Source: Paramoeba atlantica
Lineage: Eukaryota; Protista; Discosea
NCBI GenBank assembly: GCA_977017575.1
Contig: CDRNVI010000014.1
Coordinates: 372,001-436,000 of the forward strand
Length of the DNA: 64,000 nucleotides
Direction: 5' to 3'
Shown: positions 55,677 to 64,000 of the stretch, piece by piece
Layout: every line of letters begins with the position of its first letter
Numbering within the stretch: the stretch's first letter is position 1
Made by a program: the position numbers and the translations under genes
The notes under the pieces: generated by a model
The model's input: only the letters and a program-made list of their open reading frames with translations
What the model was told of the DNA's origin: nothing
Databases searched by the model: none

Positions 55677-56131
55677 TTTTTTTTTTTTTTTTTTTTTTTG
55701 TTATGTGTGTGTAGAATTTTTTTTTTTTTTTACAAGCAATCAAATTAGCAATTTCATATTTTGGAGCCCAAAACTAGTAATTCGATCTCCCGTAAGTATA
55801 AGAACAATAAAAACAATAACAATAAAAACAAGCAATCTATGCCCAATCCATTCGCGCGTTCCGGACCGGGTCTTTCGACCTCTCCACGGCCTGACTTGTG
55901 AACCCTTCCCTTGTTATATGGGAGGGCGCAGGCGCGGGCCTGTGTCGACAGCGACACGGTCGCGAAACAGGATGCTAGCCGACGGGGAGGAGATTCACTG
56001 CCCGTGTACTACCTCACTTGGGGTACCTAGCCCTCGCGGGCTAGGCGTGAGTATAGACTCTGTCGACCCGGCCAGCACCCGTCTTGGATATTATGGCGTC
56101 TTCGTGCTGAAACTGGACTGTCAGTAGAGGC

Positions 56132-59100
56132 TTAAGCCTCTACCAAAGGATCCGCTGGGTCCTCTACGCGGATGCGCGAAACCATCATCCTGGCTTGAGA
56201 ACGCATTAGCGTCACGTTCAGATCCGTTAGGAGATCGTTTCGCGCTTGGTCTCGTGAAAGGAGCCCTTTGGATGCATTCGCCCGTTGAGTTCCGATGTCC
56301 CGGAGTAACGCTAGCGCACTCTCGCTCCAGGAACCAAAGGATTCCACCACCATCGCTGTGAAGAGGTGTCCTGCTTTTTCTGCTTCTTGTCGCTGTCGCG
56401 CCTTGGTCTCCGCGAAGTGCTCGGCAAAAGACCCCGGGGTCACCCAGCTAGCATTGTGGACTGAGTCCAAATACTTTGTTTGCTGTGCGTGAGTGACCGC
56501 AAAATCTAGGACCATGCCTTGCGCTAAAGATCCTTTGGCGATGGAGGCAGTTGGCAGAAATACGTCCGCTGGTCTCGTGAGAGCCCCCCCAGGACCCCGA
56601 TTTCCCAAACTCTTCTCTCTCTGTGGCGCCAGGAAGGCTCTGCTGCAGAACGATGTAAATTGTTGGGCCAGAGCGTTGTGCCGTGAGATGATACCATGGC
56701 CGTTCTTGCAGAGCAAAGCGTGCTCTCCATTCTTGAGCAAGGGAAGGGTGCACCCGTCAGCTGGGCAAGGCCGATCTTCGGGGAAGACGTCCATGCCTAG
56801 CCACCAGCGTGTTAGGGTACGAAACTCCGTGTGGGTGAAAGCGTAGCCTCTGGTCTTGGAGGGAGTTGCGAAAGCCCAGTTTCCGGCCCCTTTTCCGGAC
56901 TGCGAGATCCATCGCGCCCGCGTTCTTGCGTCTGCCTTTGAATATGCCGTTTGAAATTCCCTATCCGAGATAGCTTGGCTGAGATGTTTTTGCCTCGGGA
57001 TGATCTTTTCCTGATCCGTCGAGACCGGGAGAAGGGAGTGATTGAGGGATAGTGCGAGTTTTCTTTTCGCTGGGCGGGAAAGGATGCTCCGATTTGCATG
57101 ATATTCACCAGGCACGCTAGGTTTGGTAATGCGTCCAGTGTATGGATCAACCAGATCAGTCCCAACTTTGTCATTTATGTCATGTGCTGAGCTGGAAAAT
57201 CCCTCAGCTTCTGTGGGGTCCCAGTTGTCCAAGCTAGCGGCGTGCGCGACGGAAGAAACGTAGGCTGCTGACTGGTGGAGAATTGATGAGCGAAGTCCGA
57301 ACCCGCCGTGGCGTTTTGGTCGTTGTATTTGGTCGCGAGCGGCGACGCCTAAGGGAGAAATTGCGTGCTCCACGGCCTGGACTAGATGAGAGTCAAGTTT
57401 TTGGCATAATTCTCCAAGGGCTTGGGGAGGAGTGGTACGCAGTGCGTACACCATCTGACAAAACCCCGAACATTGCCGTATTAGTGCGAGAGCTATTTGG
57501 GGATCTTCTAACACAGCAGTAGCTTCTAATGTTTCGCGGGCTGGTTCAATCGCGTGTGTCATGAGAAACTCCGCACAGTGTTCCGCAGAGCCTATTGGGC
57601 TTCCAAGAATGTCGAAGTTCCCGTCGTACCGTATTTTATCACTGGGGATGTCAGGAAAGAAAACGGATGTATGAGCTGATGCTGGGGGGGTAATGATCTC
57701 GCACTTGGAGAGATTCAGGAAGAGTCCCCACTTCGGTCCTATCTCGTCGAGGACGTCTAGGGCTTTACGGACTTCTTTGGGATCACCTACAAGCACACCG
57801 TCATCTAAATACCATAATTGTGTTCGTAGGTTAGAATTTGATGCAATTTCTTCTGTTACCTCTGCTAACACCAAAGAGAAGAGGAGTGGGCCCAGAGGGT
57901 CTCCTTGTTGCACTCCTTCTGCCGAGGGGATAAAATCATCGCCGAATGTGAGACAGCTATGATTGGCATAACACCATTCTACCCATGGGGATAGTTCAGG
58001 GAAATGCTTTCGTGTGAGGAAGATGAAGACGGGTCGGCTCACGTTATTAAAGGCGTTCCGAAGATCCACCTTACAGAACGTTATGTTCTCATTTTCTTCA
58101 TTATTTCTCATTAGACGGCGACAAAGGTGTATCACCCTTTCCGCCCCAGCAGACGCTGCGACTCCGTATTGACGACGTCCAAAGAAGGATCCTGCTTTTT
58201 CTTTTATCGAAAGGCATACTGCCTTGCTCACCAGGCGTCTAAGGGTTTCCCCGGCAGCGATAGGCCGCACGTCATCTTCCCCTTTTTCGAGTGCGCATAG
58301 CCGTGCCCCTGCAAAAAAAGGTTGCACTTCGTCTGGGGCTTTGCCAGCTAGAAGATGGTTTACGAAGGAAGTGAGCGTCGTAAGAGGATTCATATTCTGG
58401 TCGACGTGCTCTTGAAGCGCTGTTTGGAGGTGTTCAGGCCGGAGCCCCATAGTCCCAGCAGAGGATCCGCGATGGAAGGTATCTACTGCTTTTCTTACCT
58501 CGGATTCGTCCAGTTTTAAAGCTTCTTCTTCCAGGGGAGGTAGGGGGCACGAGATGGGATTACCATGGGGGCTGGGGTGTTTTTCCTGCAGCTTTAGCAG
58601 GGTTTCCTCGCTGTATGGTGCGAGTGGAGCTGCAGTAAGGGCAGCCATGCCTCGGGAAAATTCTCCTTGGCGAACCAGAATTTCAGCCCGTATTGCAGCC
58701 TTGTCTTCTTCACCCTCAATCTCATTATTCGGCACTTTTGAGCGCTTCCTGTCATGCTCCGAATTTGCTTGGGCCCATAGGGTGGTATATTGGCCTTGTA
58801 TCCAAAGTTCCATTCGCTTTGAGATGTAGGAGGTATAGGACTTGTGAGCTTTACGGCCTCCTCGGTACGGGGCTGGTAGGACGCATTTCGGAAGCAAGGC
58901 AAGAAGGGTCCAGGCTCTCAGTGAGTTTTCGTTTACCGCGGTGGAGAGGGCTGCGGTAAAAATTCTGGTCCACAGATATCGACATCGGTGTGGGACATCC
59001 TTGCACGTGCTTATTTGAGTCGTGCAAACTTCCTCTAGGGACGGTAGACTATGCGTACCTTGCATATCGTACATGGCTTCTCCGGACTCTGACAGCTGTG

Positions 59101-59932
59101 AAGGCTGCTGTGGTTGTGAGGGCGGCTGCGAGGAGGGTGGTGTAGATTGCATTTTACAATGATTCAAATGAGAAGTTTTCTTGCTAATATCGTAATGACG
59201 ACCGCATGCGTCGCAGAGAAATCGTCCTTCCTTTGTCCACCAGTCATTGGGTATGTTATTTCCGTGTCGGTAAGCAACGTGGTTGTAGTACGACTGCCAT
59301 TGACCTCCATGGGCACGAGTTTTCCAAATACAGTTTTCTGCGGGGCACTCCCTTTGTGTCGGACGGTTTTGGGAAGATGGAAACGTGAGAACTGGTTCGC
59401 TCGTCGAAGGTGGGATTTCAAGGGAAGTTCCTTGTACTATTTGGCGTGGAGAGTTGTTTTCGGGGTTATGTTCCGTCGCTTCCCCTTTTCGAGGTGTAGC
59501 TGGTTCGCGCGCTTTTCGATGAGACTTTACGATTCCCCGATTCCCTTTGACGCTTGGGGGTGTGGAAGATGGTTGGCATCGAGTAAACTTTTTAGTGATA
59601 GTGTTGCTATCAGATTGCATTTTTTGGTGTCCATGATGTAATCTGATGACTCGTGAGTGGGTTGTTTCCTCATCGCTACTATCTACCTGTCCCGTATCAC
59701 GTGTCTGGTTCTCAGTTGAGATCAAGGCGGCGTTCATGTGCCATTCTTCCGGAATGTTCGCAGGAATAGGGGTCGTGTAGAGCAATTCGTTGTACGTACT
59801 CCGTTGCTTAATGAGATGTGCGTTTCCAGCAAACTGGTCCCAGGATCCTCTATTGTGTACTGCTTCCTCTTGTAAAAATGAATCGTCGTCCATCGGCGGA
59901 GGTGAGGCTTTGAGAAGATCGTCTTCAGTCAT
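56132..59932 (-). CDS. A3 polyprotein (LsmAD-like, 2 zinc fingers, RT, CCHC, RLE), 1266 aa
   Basis: Same motif set as A2, no stop codons. Confidence 0.92.
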   Translation of the reverse strand: MTEDDLLKASPPPMDDDSFLQEEAVHNRGSWDQFAGNAHLIKQRSTYNELLYTTPIPANIPEEWHMNAALISTENQTRDTGQVDSSDEETTHSRVIRLHHGHQKMQSDSNTITKKFTRCQPSSTPPSVKGNRGIVKSHRKAREPATPRKGEATEHNPENNSPRQIVQGTSLEIPPSTSEPVLTFPSSQNRPTQRECPAENCIWKTRAHGGQWQSYYNHVAYRHGNNIPNDWWTKEGRFLCDACGRHYDISKKTSHLNHCKMQSTPPSSQPPSQPQQPSQLSESGEAMYDMQGTHSLPSLEEVCTTQISTCKDVPHRCRYLWTRIFTAALSTAVNENSLRAWTLLALLPKCVLPAPYRGGRKAHKSYTSYISKRMELWIQGQYTTLWAQANSEHDRKRSKVPNNEIEGEEDKAAIRAEILVRQGEFSRGMAALTAAPLAPYSEETLLKLQEKHPSPHGNPISCPLPPLEEEALKLDESEVRKAVDTFHRGSSAGTMGLRPEHLQTALQEHVDQNMNPLTTLTSFVNHLLAGKAPDEVQPFFAGARLCALEKGEDDVRPIAAGETLRRLVSKAVCLSIKEKAGSFFGRRQYGVAASAGAERVIHLCRRLMRNNEENENITFCKVDLRNAFNNVSRPVFIFLTRKHFPELSPWVEWCYANHSCLTFGDDFIPSAEGVQQGDPLGPLLFSLVLAEVTEEIASNSNLRTQLWYLDDGVLVGDPKEVRKALDVLDEIGPKWGLFLNLSKCEIITPPASAHTSVFFPDIPSDKIRYDGNFDILGSPIGSAEHCAEFLMTHAIEPARETLEATAVLEDPQIALALIRQCSGFCQMVYALRTTPPQALGELCQKLDSHLVQAVEHAISPLGVAARDQIQRPKRHGGFGLRSSILHQSAAYVSSVAHAASLDNWDPTEAEGFSSSAHDINDKVGTDLVDPYTGRITKPSVPGEYHANRSILSRPAKRKLALSLNHSLLPVSTDQEKIIPRQKHLSQAISDREFQTAYSKADARTRARWISQSGKGAGNWAFATPSKTRGYAFTHTEFRTLTRWWLGMDVFPEDRPCPADGCTLPLLKNGEHALLCKNGHGIISRHNALAQQFTSFCSRAFLAPQREKSLGNRGPGGALTRPADVFLPTASIAKGSLAQGMVLDFAVTHAQQTKYLDSVHNASWVTPGSFAEHFAETKARQRQEAEKAGHLFTAMVVESFGSWSESALALLRDIGTQRANASKGLLSRDQARNDLLTDLNVTLMRSQARMMVSRIRVEDPADPLVEA

Positions 59933-59978
59933 GAGAAAGAACCGCGTACCTGGAAAAGATGAAATAAAGAAAATAATT

Positions 59979-60014
59979 CAACAAGGTACAGAAACTGTAT
60001 CTTTATCGTTAAAG
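59979..60014 (-). other. SL-like 36-mer at the 5' end of A3
   Basis: Identical 36-mer directly after the poly(A) of the upstream copy. Confidence 0.8.
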
Positions 60015-61550
60015 TTTTTTTTTTTTTTTTTTATAATAGGGGGGGAAGAGTACGAGTTCAGACTTTATATATGTATGTACGGTATGACTTTCTCACTTAC
60101 TTTACTACTTGCTCAACTTCTTTCCCTAACTTCCCCCCATTTTGAAAACGAGCAAAAAATATAACTAGCAAATACATGCTTTCCCATCTTACCCACTTCC
60201 CCTTACCAATCTTACCAGCTTTCCAGGGAGGGTAAGGTCTCCCTCTGCTAGGAGGGACAGACTTTCCCCTAACCATTCGCGCGTTCCGGACCGGGTCTTT
60301 CGACCTCTCCCAGCTTGCCTTGTTAACCCTTCTCTTGTTGTACGAGAGGGCGCAAGCAATGGGCCTGTGCCGACAGCGGCACGGTCGCGGAGCATGATGC
60401 TGGCCGACGGGGAGGGAACAAAGCTCCCAGCCCTTGTCTTACCTCACTTGGAGTACCTAGACCTGGCGGACTAGGCGTGAGCGTAGACCCTGTCGGCATC
60501 GACCGGCATCCGGACCGGCAGTTTGTGTCCCCACGGCCTATGTCACTACCATAGGATCCGTGGGATCCGGCACGCAGATGCGTGAAACCATCATTCTGGT
60601 TTGGGAACGCATCAGGGCAATGTTGAGCTCCGTTAGGAGGTCATTTCGCGCTTGGCTCCGTGAGAGAAGCTCTTTTGACGCATTAGCCCGTTGTGCTCCG
60701 ATATTACGGAGAACCGAGAGCGCACTTTCGCTCCAAGAGCCAAAGGATTCGACGACCATAGCTTCGAAAAGGTGTCCCGCATCTTCCGCTTCTTGTCGCT
60801 GCCTCGCCTTCGTCTCGGCGTACTGACCGGCAAAAGATCCTGGTGTCACCAAGCTAGCAGTACGGACTAGGTCCAAATACTTCATTTGCTGTGCATGTGT
60901 GACTGCAAAATCTAATACCATTCCTTGCGCCAGAACTCCCTTTTCCAGAGAGCCAGTAGGAAGAAAAACGTCCGCGGGTCTAGTGAGAGCGCCACCTGGG
61001 CCTCGGTTTCCCAGACTCTTTTCTCTTTGTGGTTGAAGAAAGGCCTTGCTGCAGAAAGAAGTGAACTGATGTGCCAGGGCGTTGTGGCGGGATATCAAAC
61101 CGTGTCCGTTTTTACATAGTATGGCGTGCTCTCCATTCTTTAGCAATGGGAGGGTGCAGCCTTCTGCTGGGCATGTTCGATCTTCCGGGAAGACGTCCAT
61201 TCCAAGCCACCAACGCGAAAGAGTCCTGAACTCAGTTTTAGTAAAAGCGTAACCTCTGCTCTTTGAGGGTACTACGAAGGCCCAGTTTCCTGCTCCTCTT
61301 CCCGATTGTGAAACCCACCGGGCCCTGGTTCTTGCCTCTGCTTTTCGGTATGCTGCCGTGAACTCCTGCTCTGATATTGCTTCACTCAGATGTTTTTGAC
61401 GAGGGACAATTGTTTCCGGTTCAGAAACATCTGCGGGGAGTGGTGGTACCAGCGATGAGCCGAGTTTGCGCTTTGTGGGCCGGGAACTGGGGCTTCGCTT
61501 GTTGTTTTGGCGTTCCGGTACTTAGTACAGAAAAACGAAGAATGGATGCG
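60015..61550 (-). mobile_element. 5'-truncated copy of A1 (lacks the A1 nonsense codon)
   Basis: Nearly identical to 34820-36315; GGA where A1 has TGA. Confidence 0.9.
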
Positions 61551-61790
61551 CGGTTCGATAATACAAGGGAGACCAGCTTTGGAGCACAAATCTGCGAGGT
61601 ACCTCACTATGTGTGAGTGCTTTCTGGTGCAATTCATGCCCGAGCACCGGGAGCATCCTGCGACGTGTGGTATAATGCTGGTAGGAGATTCATGGCCACA
61701 GCATCCAGGGCATATAACATCGGCCGGTGCGTTATGTAATCCGATACACCATTTTTTCGCTGAGCTCCCCCCACGATGAGGTTTAAGTAC
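61551..61790 (-). mobile_element. Fragment of the 3262-type CCHC/RLE region fused to the truncated A1 copy
   Basis: Encodes CSGMNCTRKHSHIVRYLADLCSKAGLPCIIEPRIHSSFFCTK, matching ORF 3262..3999. Confidence 0.8.
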
Positions 61791-61837
61791 TGATTTTGTT
61801 CCTCACAGGATAGTCGCTTTTCCCATATGTACTAATT

Positions 61838-64000
61838 ATTTTTTTGGTGACCTTATAGAAGAAAGTAAGAGGTAATAAAACAACAAGCAACAACTCTCCT
61901 TTTTTTTTTGCGATTAATAAGGGGGGAGAAGTATGAAACGCGGCATTGCCCCTATATTACCCAATACATGAACCATGAAGGTCCATTGGGGGGGGGTATA
62001 TGATTTGTAAACAAGCAATCAAATTAGCAATTTCACATGTTGTAGCCCAAAACTAGTAATTCAACCTGCCTTAAGTTATTTATGATTCTGATAACAATAA
62101 TAATAAAAAAGGAAGCAATCCACGCCCAATCCATCCGCGCGTTCCGGACCGGGTCTTTCGACCTCACCACGGCCTGACTTGTGGACCCTTCCCTTGTTAT
62201 ATGGGAGGGCGCAGGCGCGGGCCTGTGTCGACAGCGACACGGTCGCGAAACAGGAAGCTGGTCGACGGGGAGGAGATTCACTACCCGTGTACTACCTCAC
62301 TTGGGGTACCTAGCCCTCGGCGAGCTAGGCGTGAGCATAGACTCTGTCGACTCGACCAGCTTCCAGATCAGTTGTTTCCGAGGGCGCTAACGTGGGCCTG
62401 TGCCGACAACGGTGTGGTTAGGAAACGATTATCCCACGAGGGCTACTTACTCCGTTACCAAGCTATTGCTCGATCAGCGGAGTGGGAAGGTCGTCTACCG
62501 GCATTCTTGATATCATCATACGTGCCTGGCGACGCATCAGCGTTATGTTCAAGTCTGTGACGAGCTGTAGCGTAGCTGCTCCGTCACTGAGAATGCCGTT
62601 GGACGCTTTGGCCCGACGTTCTCCTACTTTCCGAAGTACTGCTAAGGCACTAGAGCTCCAAGAGCCGTAGCTCTCTACGACCATTGCTGTGAAGTCGCTT
62701 CCCGCCGACTCAGATTCACGGCGCTGTCGAGCTTTCTGGTCGGAGGCGTAGTGCTCAGCGAAAGACCCCGCGGCCACCCAGCTAGCATTTCGGACTGTGT
62801 CCGTGTATTTTGATTGCTGGGCGTGAGTGACCGCGAAGTCAAGCACTATAGGTTTTCCGAGGAAGAGGCTCGGCATGAAGACGTCCCCCGGTCTGGTCAA
62901 GGCGCCCCCTGGGCCCCTATTCCCGAGGCTTTTCTCGCGCTGGGGTGCTAGGTGGGCCTGGCTGCAGGTGGCATCAAACTGATCGACTAACGAGTGGTGT
63001 CGCCGGATGATACCTTCCCCATGCTTACACGTGAGAGCATGGTCTCCGTGTATGTCAAGGGGGAGCGTGCAGTTCTCCCTGGGGCATTTTGATTCTTCCC
63101 CGTAGACTGGTACCCCCAACCACCAGCGGGACAAGGTACGGAATTCTGTTGGGGTGAAGGCGTGACCAGTGTCTTTGGATGGCGTTACGAAAGCCCAGCT
63201 ATTGGCCCCTTTCCCGCTCTGGGAGACCCAACGTGCGCGAGTCCTGGCGTCAGCCTTTTCATAAGCTCGCGAAAATTCCGTAGCTGAAATCGCGTGGCTT
63301 ATGTCCCTTTGGAGGGGGATACCCTTTTTCGCCCAGTCCGGCAGCTTCGCGTCAAAGCAATCCTCCGTTGCATACAATGGGCATGACGTAGGGGGGAGAT
63401 CATCGGGTGACAAGGGGGGGCGATCGTGTGGAAGGGAAGGGGGATTCGCAGATGAAGTAGGATCATGGGTATCCGGCTGGCGTGGGCGCTTTGCGGGGCG
63501 ATGCCTCGGAGGAAATTCTTCGCATTTGTGGTGCGGGATAGTGCACACACGGCCACTTGAGTTGAGAAGCTTGGTGCCAACCTTCGCGTTTATGTCGTCA
63601 ATAGATGATAGAAAGCCTTCTACTTCGGATGGATCCCAAGAGTCCATGTCTGCTGCAAAAGCAACCGAGGAAACGTAGGCTGAGGTTGCGTGAAAGGATG
63701 CTGACCGTAACCCGAATCCTCCGTGTTTTTTCAGGCGCTGAATTTGGGACCGTGCAGAGGGAGGCAAGGGGCATAAACATGACTCTACCGCGTGCATGAG
63801 AAAATCATCCAGACGCTCGCATAAAAGTGTAAGTGATTGTGGTGGGGTCGTGCGGAGAGCGTGGACCATTTTGCAGAACCCGGCGCATTGCCGAATAAGC
63901 GCCATTGAAACCTGTGGGTCTTTGATTCTAGTTATAGCTTCTAACGCCGTTTCTGCTGGTTCAATGGCGTGCGTTGTCAGGTATTCGGAGCAATACTCTG
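61838..64000 (-). mobile_element. Second copy of element B (3' part; continues beyond the window)
   Basis: Near-identical to 50815-52970 with a few substitutions; ORF 62463..63905; same 3' extension. Confidence 0.92.

Larger units (their letters stand above)
55717..60014 (-). mobile_element. Full-length CRE/SLACS-like group-2 element A3
   Basis: SL-like 36-mer at 59979-60014, intact ORF 56132..59932, structured 3' UTR, poly(A) at an earlier site than in A2. Confidence 0.92.

Overview
This 64-kb window contains no recognisable host gene. It is a dense cluster of eukaryotic retrotransposons, probably from a kinetoplastid or related euglenozoan; that assignment rests on a spliced-leader (SL)-like 36-mer with the core GATACAGTTTCTGTAC, CRE/SLACS-type elements and VIPER/TATE-like elements. 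At least five element types are present: (i) CRE-clade RLE elements, group 1, with an N-terminal beta-rich module, mostly broken (0.6-33 kb); (ii) CRE-clade elements, group 2 (subfamilies A1, A2, A3, B), forming a strictly minus-strand head-to-tail chain from about 34.1 kb to the window end, in which each full-length copy starts with the SL-like 36-mer directly after the poly(A) of the preceding copy; (iii) one intact HERO/NeSL/R2-like RLE element (1578 aa), also preceded by part of the SL-like motif; (iv) an RTE/Ingi-like LINE with RNase H, split by (v) a VIPER/TATE-like tyrosine-recombinase (YR) retrotransposon, a second copy of which shows split direct repeats. The most unusual signals are the poly(A)-SL-punctuated chain, an Ataxin-2/Pbp1 LsmAD-like domain at the N-terminus of the group-2 ORFs, a conserved covarying ~235-nt RNA structure in their 3' UTRs, a precise 428-bp structured insert in an RT ORF, and Mer3/HFM1-like Cys/His fingers shared by two unrelated LINE clades. 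All family and domain calls come from motif recognition by eye; no searches were run. Many short duplications and homopolymer junctions could partly be assembly or amplification artefacts.
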